A stretch of DNA of 64,000 nt from positions 268,537-332,536 of the forward strand of contig CAYHBZ010000002.1 of NCBI GenBank assembly GCA_964355175.1. Direction: 5' to 3'. The position numbers and the translations under genes are program-made. Shown here in pieces: positions 28,108 to 37,340 of the stretch. The notes beneath the pieces were generated by a model. That model saw only the letters and a list, made by a program, of their open reading frames with translations. It made no database searches and was not told the origin of the DNA. Positions within the stretch are counted from its first letter, which is position 1, and each line of letters opens with the position of its first letter. The DNA is from an uncultured Gammaproteobacteria bacterium. GTDB lineage: Bacteria > Patescibacteriota > Patescibacteriia > Magasanikbacterales > GWA2-37-8.

Positions 28108-28800
28108 ATGATTGAAGTATTAAAGTTAGAAAAATTTGAAGGCCCACTTGATTTGCTTCTGCAACTCATCGAGCTGGAGAAATTAAACATCACTGAAGTT
28201 GCTCTGTCGCAGGTGACCGAGCAATTTTTGCTCTACCTGGATAAATTGGAAGTGGAAAAAAGTGAAGAGTTGGCCGACTTTTTGGTGATTGCGACCAAAC
28301 TGGTGTATATGAAATCGCGCACCCTTTTGCCTTATCTAAATCCAGAGGAAGAAGACGGTCCGTCACTCGCGGATCAGCTCAAGATGTATCAGCAATATAT
28401 TGAAGCCAGTAAAAAAATAAATATTTACTGGCAGCAGAATCGAATTGCGTATGGTCGTATTGAACCGCCGGTAAAAGTTACGGAATTTGTTTTGCCGCTT
28501 AATGCTCGAATAAAAGATTTGAACAAAGCGATGGAAAAATTGGTGGCGCGTTTGCGTCCGCCAACACCGTTGCCGCAGATTACTATTGATCGGGCTATTT
28601 CGGTGAAACAAAAAGTAGAAAGCATTTGGAACGCCTTGAAAGAACATAAAAAAATGAATTTTAAAGATTTGCTTAGTAGTGCCGAAAGTAAAACCGAAGT
28701 AATCGTAAGTTTTCTTGCTTTATTGGAATTAATGCGTGACCAAAAAGCGTTTATCAGCCAGAGCGACAATTACGGAGATATGGAAGTTAAATTAGTTTAA
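28108..28800 (+). CDS. scpA: Segregation and condensation protein A
   Basis: FEGPLDLLLQLI...FLALLEL. Confidence 0.95.
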   Translation: MIEVLKLEKFEGPLDLLLQLIELEKLNITEVALSQVTEQFLLYLDKLEVEKSEELADFLVIATKLVYMKSRTLLPYLNPEEEDGPSLADQLKMYQQYIEASKKINIYWQQNRIAYGRIEPPVKVTEFVLPLNARIKDLNKAMEKLVARLRPPTPLPQITIDRAISVKQKVESIWNALKEHKKMNFKDLLSSAESKTEVIVSFLALLELMRDQKAFISQSDNYGDMEVKLV

Positions 28801-28804
28801 AATT

Positions 28805-29383
28805 ATGCCAAGAAAAATAATCTTAGCCTCTACTTCGCCTAGACGTAAAGAAATATTGTCCAGAATGAATATAAAATTTTCAGTCATGGATGGCGACTAT
28901 AAAGAAGACATGACCTTAAAAATGAAGCCTGTCGATTTGGCGAAGTTTTTGGCTTTGGGCAAAGCGCAGGCCGTGTCCAGCAAAGAAAAAAATGCCATTG
29001 TGATTGCGGCCGATACCTTTGTGCTGTTGGGCAAACAGATAATGGGCAAACCCCACACGCTCGCGAATGCCAAAAAGATGCTCAAACAAATTAGTGGACA
29101 AACAGTTTCAATAATCACCGGTTTTGCGGTGGTAGATACGGATAATAAAAAAGTTTTTTCCGGATATGATGTTGGTACGGTAAAACTTAGAAAAATTACT
29201 CCGGCGGAAATGGATAAGTATGTTGCTACCGGGGAGCCGTTGAAACGAGCCGGGGCTTTTGCGGTGGATGGTTTGGGTGGAATTTTTATAGAAAAAATCT
29301 CCGGAGATTATAGTAGTATGGTTGGTATTTCTTTGTTTAAAATTGCCGGTATTTTACAAAAATTAGGCGTAAAAATTTTTTAG
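28805..29383 (+). CDS. maf: Maf family nucleoside triphosphate pyrophosphatase
   Basis: ILASTSPRRKEIL, AADT, GKP. Confidence 0.92.
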   Translation: MPRKIILASTSPRRKEILSRMNIKFSVMDGDYKEDMTLKMKPVDLAKFLALGKAQAVSSKEKNAIVIAADTFVLLGKQIMGKPHTLANAKKMLKQISGQTVSIITGFAVVDTDNKKVFSGYDVGTVKLRKITPAEMDKYVATGEPLKRAGAFAVDGLGGIFIEKISGDYSSMVGISLFKIAGILQKLGVKIF

Positions 29384-29384
29384 T

Positions 29385-29936
29385 ATGTCTATTAATTCTC
29401 AAATTGAAACAATTTTATTTGTAGCCAGCAAACCGTTAAGCTTTAAAAAAATCGCTAAAGTTTTGCAGGTGGAAGAAAATGTTGTTTTGGAATCTCTAAA
29501 GGAGTTGATCATAAAATATAATCCGACTGAAGCGGGGATGGTATTATTGCAAAATAATGATGATTGGCAGATGGTGAGCAATCCCGATAATAAAGCGGCG
29601 GCGGAAAATTTCCTTAAAGCCGAAGTAAGCGGCGAGCTTACTCGTCCTCAGCTAGAAACCCTGACGGTTATTTCTTATTGTGGTCCGATTACCAGACCTG
29701 AACTTGATCAAATTCGTGGCGTCAATTGTAGTCTGATTTTGCGCAATCTCATGATGCGCGGTTTGATAAAAGAAAACGATGATAATGCTTCGCTTTTACC
29801 AAAATACGAAGTTACTATGGAATATTTGCGCCATTTAGGTTTAAACAGTATTACCGAGTTGCCGGACTACGAAAAATTACATCAGCATCAACATATTACC
29901 GGTGCTCTTTCCGCTAGTAATGAAAATCTATCTTAA
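29385..29936 (+). CDS. scpB: Segregation and condensation protein B
   Basis: IETILFVA, LETLTVISY..PITR..LDQIRGVN. Confidence 0.95.
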   Translation: MSINSQIETILFVASKPLSFKKIAKVLQVEENVVLESLKELIIKYNPTEAGMVLLQNNDDWQMVSNPDNKAAAENFLKAEVSGELTRPQLETLTVISYCGPITRPELDQIRGVNCSLILRNLMMRGLIKENDDNASLLPKYEVTMEYLRHLGLNSITELPDYEKLHQHQHITGALSASNENLS

Positions 29937-29939
29937 TCT

Positions 29940-30953
29940 ATGCCCAAGAAGTTTATAGATTTTTTATCATCATTTGGTATAATGCTTGTAGGAGTAGTTT
30001 TTTTATTTGTGGCTTCGGTTTCTTATCCGCAGGTTTCTCAAAAAGTTAATTTTTTACCAAAATCTCAGCCGCGTATTATGATAAATAATGGCGGTGATGA
30101 ACAGCCGGCGGTTTTGCCGGTAAGTCATCCAAATGTTCCTCTTAAAAAAGATGAAGCAATCTGCAGTGTGCCACTTACAGCCGCCGCCGCTATTTTGATG
30201 GACGACAAAACCGATACAGTTTTATTTGAAAAAAATTCCGATGTGGTGCGACCTCTGGCCAGTATTTCCAAACTGATGTCCGCGTTGGTATTGATTGATT
30301 TAAATCCGGATTGGAAAAAAATCGTAGAAATTACGCCGGATGTGTACGACAACAATAGTCATTTTGTAAATATCGGTGAAAAGTTTACGGTGGAGGATTT
30401 GTGGAATGTCGCTTTGATTGGGTCTTCCAACAGTGCTGTCAATGCGCTGGTCAGTAGTACTGGTATTAAAAAAGAAGATTTTGTTATAAAGATGAATGAA
30501 AAGGCTCAGGATTTACGTTTGCGCACTTTGCGCTTTGTCGAACCTACCGGAATTGACGAGCGTAATGTCGGTAGTGCTCGTGATGTGGCTAGAATGCTTA
30601 AATACGCTCTAGACAATGATAAAATTTTTAATAGTTTGCAAACACCGGAATATTATTCCAATCCAGTGGGTCAAAAACCACGTCGTATTTGGACCACCGA
30701 TTGGTTGCTTACCAAATGGGTGCCGAATAAATTTGGCGATCTCACAATCGCGGGCAAGACTGGCTATATCGATGATTCAAAATATAATTTTGCCGTGCGT
30801 ATAGAAAACGGCGGCAAACGGGCGATTCGTACCGTGGTGCTTGGCTCTGATACTATGGAAGCTCGTTTTAGTGAAGCGCGCGATCTGGCCACCTGGGCCT
30901 TTGCTCATTATACCTGGCCAGGGGATGAAGGATATGAAAAATTGGCTCAATAA
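29940..30953 (+). CDS. D-alanyl-D-alanine carboxypeptidase/endopeptidase (peptidase S11)
   Basis: SxxK (ASISK), SxN (SSN), KTG motifs; N-terminal anchor. Confidence 0.9.
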   Translation: MPKKFIDFLSSFGIMLVGVVFLFVASVSYPQVSQKVNFLPKSQPRIMINNGGDEQPAVLPVSHPNVPLKKDEAICSVPLTAAAAILMDDKTDTVLFEKNSDVVRPLASISKLMSALVLIDLNPDWKKIVEITPDVYDNNSHFVNIGEKFTVEDLWNVALIGSSNSAVNALVSSTGIKKEDFVIKMNEKAQDLRLRTLRFVEPTGIDERNVGSARDVARMLKYALDNDKIFNSLQTPEYYSNPVGQKPRRIWTTDWLLTKWVPNKFGDLTIAGKTGYIDDSKYNFAVRIENGGKRAIRTVVLGSDTMEARFSEARDLATWAFAHYTWPGDEGYEKLAQ

Positions 30954-31028
30954 ATATTAAAAAATAAAATACTAAAAAATATTCCAATTTTTGGGATATT
31001 TTTTATTTTGTGCTATAATATAGTTATT

Positions 31029-32207
31029 ATGCAACTGAAAAGTATAAAACAGGCAAAACATTTATTTGGCCAGCGCGTTTTGGTGCGAGTAGATTTTAAT
31101 GTACCTGTAAAAAATGGTGAAGTGCGGGATAATTTTAAAATTCAAAAAAGTTTACCAACCATAAAATTTTTATTACATAGCGGCGCGCGCGTGATACTGG
31201 TGAGTCACTTGGGTCGTCCTCAGAAAAAAGACCTGTCTTCGCGTGGCGGGGCAAAAAAGTTTTCATTGTTGCCGATAGCGCGGGAATTGGAAAAATTGCT
31301 AAATACCAAAGTGGTTTTTGATAAATTAGAAAATCGTGATGATTGGGAAGGGCAAAAATTAATAATGTTGGAAAATATTCGTTTTTATAAAGGTGAAGAA
31401 ACCAACGATCCAAAATTTGCCAAAGAACTTGCCGCTCTTGCCGATCTATTTGTGCTCGATGGTTTTGCAGTAGCTCATCGTGATGCCGCTTCGGTATCCG
31501 GTATTCAGAATTTTCTTCCGTCTTATGCCGGTTTGTTATTGGACGAAGAAATTTCCGGTTTGAGCCAGGTGCTGGAACATCCCAAACATCCTTTCGTACT
31601 AGTTCTCGGAGGTATAAAGATGGAAACCAAAATTCCGGTATTAAAAAATTTATTACCCAAAGCGGATAAAATACTTTTGGCCGGAGGTATTATTAATACC
31701 TATCTAGCCGCCACTGGCCACAAGGTTGGCTGTTCCGCGATTGATGCCAAATACAAAAAAGAGGCCAAATATTATGTGGAAAATAGAAAAGTGGTAAAGC
31801 CGATAGATATGATTGCTGGTACCATGAAAGGTAAAAAAACCCGCGTAGTAACTTTGGATAAAAAATTAAATTTAAAAAAGGACGAAGGTGTTTTTGATAT
31901 CGGCCCCAATACCGTAAAATTATTTGCACAGCACTTAAAAAAAGCTAATACGATTGTTTTTAATGGTGCTTTGGGATTTTTTGAACAGCCACCTTACCAG
32001 TATGACACTTATGCTTTGGTGCGCTATATTGCCGCTCGCTCCAAAGGAAAAGCGTTTGGGGTTTGTGGTGGTGGGGAGACGGTAGAAATTCTCAGAAATT
32101 TGGATGTAATAAATGACATTGATTTGGTATCCACCGGTGGTGGAGCGATGCTGGAATTTTTAAGCGGGAAAAAGTTGCCTGGTTTGAAAAATTTAATTAA
32201 AAAATAA
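31029..32207 (+). CDS. pgk: Phosphoglycerate kinase
   Basis: RVDFNVP, SHLGRP, ENIRF, STGGGA. Confidence 0.97.
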   Translation: MQLKSIKQAKHLFGQRVLVRVDFNVPVKNGEVRDNFKIQKSLPTIKFLLHSGARVILVSHLGRPQKKDLSSRGGAKKFSLLPIARELEKLLNTKVVFDKLENRDDWEGQKLIMLENIRFYKGEETNDPKFAKELAALADLFVLDGFAVAHRDAASVSGIQNFLPSYAGLLLDEEISGLSQVLEHPKHPFVLVLGGIKMETKIPVLKNLLPKADKILLAGGIINTYLAATGHKVGCSAIDAKYKKEAKYYVENRKVVKPIDMIAGTMKGKKTRVVTLDKKLNLKKDEGVFDIGPNTVKLFAQHLKKANTIVFNGALGFFEQPPYQYDTYALVRYIAARSKGKAFGVCGGGETVEILRNLDVINDIDLVSTGGGAMLEFLSGKKLPGLKNLIKK

Positions 32208-32265
32208 TTTTTATTAATTTTAAGTACAAATAGAGGGTGTGCGCCCACTGTTTGTCGGAGGTTTT

Positions 32266-33117
32266 ATGCCTATCACTACAAACAAAACTGCGCCGTTAGT
32301 CAAAAAGGACAATGGTGAAAATTCTGCTGGCTCTACCCAGAGCAAATGGCACGCCAACGGTCCATTTACTCAAAAAATGACGGGTGTTTTAGCGGTCATT
32401 TTTTTGCTGTATGGTATCGTATTTCTTGGCACATTGATTAATAACAATCTAAAACAATATCATTTTATTGGCAGAGCTCCTAGAATGGAAAGAACCATTG
32501 TGGTAAATGGTTATGGAAAAGTAAACGGCAATAATGATATTGCTGTTACTACTATTGGCTATTCCAATATTGACAAAGATGTTGGTAAAGCTCAAACCGA
32601 TAATAAAAAAGTGATGGATCAAATTACGGCCGAGCTCAAAAAAATGGGTGTAGCCGATAAAGATTTACAGAATAACTACACAATTTATCCAAACTATAAT
32701 TACACTCAGCAAAAAGGACAAGAGCTAATTGGCTATCAAGTCACCAATCAACTTACTATCAAAATTCGTGATCTCACCAAGATTCCGGAAATTTTGGGCT
32801 TAGCTGGTAAATTTGGCGCCACTGAAGTAAGTGGTTTGAACTTTACCATAGATGATCCGGAAAATATCAAAGCCGACGCTCGTGCCAAAGCTTTGATTGA
32901 CGCTCGTGCCAAAGCCAGAGATTTGGCTCAAAAATTGGGAGTAAAAGTTGGTTCGGTAGTGGCCTATAATGAATTTGAAGGTGGTACCGGCGGTCCAATT
33001 TACCCTATGAAAGCTATGGACTCGGCTGCGGGTCTAGGTGGTGGTCCGGAAGTAATCTCAAGTGGTAGTCGCGATGTGGAGATGAATGTGAGCGTTACCT
33101 ACGAAATTTTACCTTAA
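32266..33117 (+). CDS. SIMPL/DUF541 domain protein
   Basis: TM helix followed by IVVNGYGKV...GYQVTNQLTIKIRD...ALIDARAKA. Confidence 0.88.
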   Translation: MPITTNKTAPLVKKDNGENSAGSTQSKWHANGPFTQKMTGVLAVIFLLYGIVFLGTLINNNLKQYHFIGRAPRMERTIVVNGYGKVNGNNDIAVTTIGYSNIDKDVGKAQTDNKKVMDQITAELKKMGVADKDLQNNYTIYPNYNYTQQKGQELIGYQVTNQLTIKIRDLTKIPEILGLAGKFGATEVSGLNFTIDDPENIKADARAKALIDARAKARDLAQKLGVKVGSVVAYNEFEGGTGGPIYPMKAMDSAAGLGGGPEVISSGSRDVEMNVSVTYEILP

Positions 33118-33202
33118 TATAGCTTAAAAAAGAGGTGTAAAAACCTCTTTTTTTAATTCCTCTGGTATGGTATAATGTACGCATAAAATCATTTTTAGTA
33201 AT

Positions 33203-34453
33203 ATGAAAATTAAACAAATTATTGCACGCGAAATTTTGGATTCACGCGGAAACCCAACGGTAGAAGCTAAAGTAGTTTTAGAAAATGGTATTGTTGCTGT
33301 ATCTAAAGTGCCATCTGGAGCTTCTACTGGTAGTCATGAAGCTCTAGAATTGCGCGATGGCGGTAAACGCTATGGCGGCAAAGGCGTGCTTGGTGCTGTA
33401 AAAAATGTAAATGTTTATATTGCCAAAGCAATAGTAGGAATGGAAGTGGATGATCTGCAAAAAATTGATCAAAAGATGATTGATTTGGATGGAACTACGA
33501 ATAAATCCAAATTAGGCGCTAATGCTATTTTGGGAGTGTCTATGTCCGTAGCTCGCGCCGGAGCCCAGAATAAAAAATTACCACTTTATAAATATTTGCG
33601 TTCGGTTTATGGTATTAAAGAAAAAGAGTATCGTCTGCCGGTGCCGATGATGAATATTCTCAACGGCGGTCGTCATGCCGATAATGGTCTGACAATTCAG
33701 GAATTTTTAATTATTCCTCGTCATAAATTAATGAGCGAGCGGGTGCGCATGGGTTCGCAAATTTTTCATTCTTTGGCAAATATTCTCAGTCAAAAAGGCT
33801 ATGCCACTTCGGTAGGCGATGAAGGTGGTTTTGCTCCGGAACTGCTCAACAACGAGCGTGCTTTGCAGGTGATAATGGAAGCTATCAAATATACCGGTTG
33901 GGTACCAGGCAAAAATGTGTTTTTAGGTTTTGACGCGGCGGCTTCGGAATTTTATCACGGTGGAAAATATTATTTTGTAAATAAAAAACAAGGCTGGCGC
34001 GCGGATAAAATGATTGATACTTACAAACAATGGATGAAAAAATATCCGATTATTTCTATCGAGGATGGTTTGAGCGAAGATGATTGGGATAATTGGCAGA
34101 AGTTTACCAAAGAACTTGGGAAAGATGTCACTTTGGTAGGGGATGATTTGTTTGTGACCAATACTGCTCGTTTGCAAAAAGGAATTGAAAGTAAAGTAGC
34201 CAACGCTATCTTGATCAAGCTTAATCAGATTGGTACGGTGAGTGAAACTATTGCCGCCATTATTTTGGCGCAAAAAAATAATTATAAAGTAGCAGTATCA
34301 CATCGCAGTGGTGAAACCTCCGATACTTTTATCGCTGATCTGGCGGTAGCGGTAAATTCCGAATTTATAAAGACCGGTTCACTTTCTCGTTCCGAACGCG
34401 TGGAAAAATATAATCGTTTGATGGAAATTGAAATCGAATTGGGTTTGAACTAA
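33203..34453 (+). CDS. eno: Enolase
   Basis: REILDSRGNPTVE, VPSGASTG, SHRSGET. Confidence 0.98.
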   Translation: MKIKQIIAREILDSRGNPTVEAKVVLENGIVAVSKVPSGASTGSHEALELRDGGKRYGGKGVLGAVKNVNVYIAKAIVGMEVDDLQKIDQKMIDLDGTTNKSKLGANAILGVSMSVARAGAQNKKLPLYKYLRSVYGIKEKEYRLPVPMMNILNGGRHADNGLTIQEFLIIPRHKLMSERVRMGSQIFHSLANILSQKGYATSVGDEGGFAPELLNNERALQVIMEAIKYTGWVPGKNVFLGFDAAASEFYHGGKYYFVNKKQGWRADKMIDTYKQWMKKYPIISIEDGLSEDDWDNWQKFTKELGKDVTLVGDDLFVTNTARLQKGIESKVANAILIKLNQIGTVSETIAAIILAQKNNYKVAVSHRSGETSDTFIADLAVAVNSEFIKTGSLSRSERVEKYNRLMEIEIELGLN

Positions 34454-34463
34454 TTTTTTTAAA

Positions 34464-36041
34464 ATGTCTTATAAACCAGTAACCCTAGTAATTTTTGATG
34501 GTTTGGGTGTGGCGCCTGACAGTGAAGGTAACGCCATCACTCGATCAAAAATGGCTAATCTAAAAAAATATATTAAAGATTATCCGGTAATGACACTTTA
34601 TGCTTCTGGTAATGAAGTGGGTTTGTTATTTGGGGAAATGGGAAATTCTGAAGTTGGTCACTTGAATATTGGTGCCGGGCGCGTATATTACCAATCTTGT
34701 CCCCGCATCAATAATGATATTAGCAGTGGAGCATTTTTTGAAAATGCGGCATTCTTACAGGCTCTCGAGCATGTGAAAAAAAATAAATCCAATTTGCATT
34801 TGGTAGGTTTGGTTGGTACCGGTAATGTTCATGCTAGTGATACTCATCTTTACGCGCTTCTTGATTTGTGCGCGAAAAATAAATTAGACGGACGTACTTT
34901 TGTGCATGGTATTACCGATGGCCGTGACGCCTTATTTAATTCCGGCAAAATTTTCGTGCAAGATTTGTTAAACAAAATAAAAGAAGCCAAGGTGGGTGAG
35001 TTGGCTACTTTGAGCGGCCGCTTTTACGCGCTGGATCGTGATAATCGCTGGGACAGATGTGAAAAAGCTTACAAAGCAATGGCTTTGGGTGTGTCCGATA
35101 GAACTGGCGATGATGTGATGAAAGTCATCGATGATTCTTACGCGGTAAAAAATTATGATGAAGAATTTATTCCAACTGTCATTACTAAAAATGACAAACC
35201 GGTCGCAACGATAAAAGAAAATGACGCGGTGATATTTTTTAACTTCCGTCCGGACAGAGCGCGTGAATTAACCAAAGCTTTTGTGTTGCCGGGTTTTAAT
35301 AAATTTGAACGCGAGTATATCAAGAATTTATTTTTTGTTACGATGACGGAATTTGAAAAAGATTTGCCAGCGGTAGTGGCTTATCCGCCGATGGTAGTGC
35401 ATAATTCTTTGGCCGAAACTGTCAGTAAAGCCGGCAAGAAACAATTTCATGTGGCTGAAACAGAAAAATACGCCCATATCACTTTCTTTTTAAATGGCAC
35501 GGTAGAAGAACCGTTTGTCGGAGAGGATAGAGCGATTGTGCCGTCACCTCGTGTCGCTACTTATAGCGAAGCACCGGAGATGTCAGCGGCTGGTGTGGCC
35601 AAAGAGGCAGTAAAAGCAATTGATGGTGGTAATTATGATTTGGTAGCGTTGAATTTTGCCAATCCGGATATGGTAGGACACACCGGCAATGTCGCGGCCA
35701 CTATCAAAGGTTGTGAAGCGGCCGATAAAGCTCTGGGAGAAGTGGTTCAACATACTTTGGCCAAAGGTGGAGTAATAGTAATCACCGCCGATCATGGCAA
35801 TGCGGAAGAAGTAATAAATTTACAAACTGGTGAAATCGACAAAGAACATTCTACCAATCCAGTGCCGCTGATAATTATTGGTAAAGATTTTCAAGGACAA
35901 GCCGGACCAGCTGGAGATCCGCCCGAGGGCGATCTGAGTCTGATGCATCCGGTAGGGGTGTTGGCGGATGTAGCTCCAACAGTATTGAGTTTGATGGGAG
36001 TTGATATCCCGTCTGAAATGACCGGAAGCGCTTTGATATAA
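34464..36041 (+). CDS. gpmI: 2,3-bisphosphoglycerate-independent phosphoglycerate mutase
   Basis: MGNSEVGHLNIGAGR, AETEKYAH, NPDMVGHTG, ADHGNAE. Confidence 0.97.
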   Translation: MSYKPVTLVIFDGLGVAPDSEGNAITRSKMANLKKYIKDYPVMTLYASGNEVGLLFGEMGNSEVGHLNIGAGRVYYQSCPRINNDISSGAFFENAAFLQALEHVKKNKSNLHLVGLVGTGNVHASDTHLYALLDLCAKNKLDGRTFVHGITDGRDALFNSGKIFVQDLLNKIKEAKVGELATLSGRFYALDRDNRWDRCEKAYKAMALGVSDRTGDDVMKVIDDSYAVKNYDEEFIPTVITKNDKPVATIKENDAVIFFNFRPDRARELTKAFVLPGFNKFEREYIKNLFFVTMTEFEKDLPAVVAYPPMVVHNSLAETVSKAGKKQFHVAETEKYAHITFFLNGTVEEPFVGEDRAIVPSPRVATYSEAPEMSAAGVAKEAVKAIDGGNYDLVALNFANPDMVGHTGNVAATIKGCEAADKALGEVVQHTLAKGGVIVITADHGNAEEVINLQTGEIDKEHSTNPVPLIIIGKDFQGQAGPAGDPPEGDLSLMHPVGVLADVAPTVLSLMGVDIPSEMTGSALI

Positions 36042-36056
36042 AATAAAAATCCCTGA

Positions 36057-37196
36057 TTAGTTCAGGGATTTTTTTATTTCTTCGATAATATTTTTTTCCG
36101 CTTCCGCGATGCCGATATTTTTTATAATAAAATTGGCGCGATGACGAAGGCCGGTAGGATTATATTGTTTGAGCATCTGTAGAGTGTCGTGTCCTTTTTT
36201 AGAATGCAATATACCGCTGGTTACTTTTTCTCCGCCGATTTCATCTTCATATATCAGCAGGGTCAAATCTACCTCTGGAGAGTTATCTATTAATTCGGTA
36301 ATTAAATCTTTGAGTTGGGCATGATTGGCGCCAGCATTGATAAAATCTTCTCTGGTAAGAAAAGTCCAAGCGAAGTGTTTGATAGTGTCTATTTTAAGAC
36401 GCATCAGAGCGGTGCCCCACAATTTCAAAGTGGAAAGACTGCGAGTGCGGTAGAGATGGTGAATAATTTTTTCTCTGTCCGCGCCATGATTGATCAGTTC
36501 ACCGGCGGCTTGCAAAGTAAGCGGAGTAACATTGGTAGTTTTGAAACTGTGAGTGGACGCGATCATGCCGGTAAGCATTGCGGTGGCATTGGTCGCATTC
36601 AAATACGGCTCATACCAGAGCTTGCTGAGCTGATAAATTATTTCAGAAACCGAAGTCACATTTGGGTCGATATAATTTATTTGTCCGTAGCGTTCATTGT
36701 CGGAGCGGTAGTCGATATTTATAATTGTGGTGCGATAAAATAGATCGGTGTTGTTGAGGAAAATACCGCCAAACATTTCTAGCTCCGGCGTATTGAGAGT
36801 AATAATCAAATCGTATTTGTAGCTGGATTGCGCCGTGCGCAATTCATTTTTGGTGATCATTCCTTGTTTGGGAGTGAGATAAATTGAGAGCCAGTCGTCT
36901 TTGACATCGTAGCTGATGCTATCGATTTTGGTTTGGGATACATCTACTTTGATAACAAATTTTTGAATGTGCTCCAACCCGGGTTTTACTTTTTTTATCC
37001 CTTCCAAGAATTCCAAATTTTTTGAAGTCGTAAAATCGTCACAGACGATGTCCACTGATTTGTGGTCTTTTTCCAAAAAATCCGCCAATGCCAAAGCCGC
37101 ACCCAAAGCGTCGGTGTTTTCAGAGCGATCAAAAATCACGAGCACATGACGTGCCGTCTCGATAGCCTGCTTGATTTGTTCTTTTTCATTTAGCAT
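36057..37196 (-). CDS. DHH-family (NrnA-like) protein with degenerate metal motifs
   Basis: MLNEKEQIK reads on the minus strand (CAT at 37194-37196); DALG, INIDYR...N..YG.IN, S.SEI motifs. Confidence 0.8.
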   Translation of the reverse strand: MLNEKEQIKQAIETARHVLVIFDRSENTDALGAALALADFLEKDHKSVDIVCDDFTTSKNLEFLEGIKKVKPGLEHIQKFVIKVDVSQTKIDSISYDVKDDWLSIYLTPKQGMITKNELRTAQSSYKYDLIITLNTPELEMFGGIFLNNTDLFYRTTIINIDYRSDNERYGQINYIDPNVTSVSEIIYQLSKLWYEPYLNATNATAMLTGMIASTHSFKTTNVTPLTLQAAGELINHGADREKIIHHLYRTRSLSTLKLWGTALMRLKIDTIKHFAWTFLTREDFINAGANHAQLKDLITELIDNSPEVDLTLLIYEDEIGGEKVTSGILHSKKGHDTLQMLKQYNPTGLRHRANFIIKNIGIAEAEKNIIEEIKKSLN

Positions 37197-37340
37197 ATAG
37201 AACAGGTGATAATATCAAGAATGGCCACTTTTGTCAATAGTGCGCCAAACTTGCGTTTTTGTCTAGTTTTAGGTAAAATATTAGGGTAATTTGGAGGAAT
37301 TTAAAAAAATAAAATAGCTGTAATTAGCCAAATTTACCGT

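Noticed and set aside
36057-37196. ORF track lists this ORF on the + strand
   Set aside because: The given protein reads from CAT at 37194-37196 on the reverse complement, so it is a minus-strand gene
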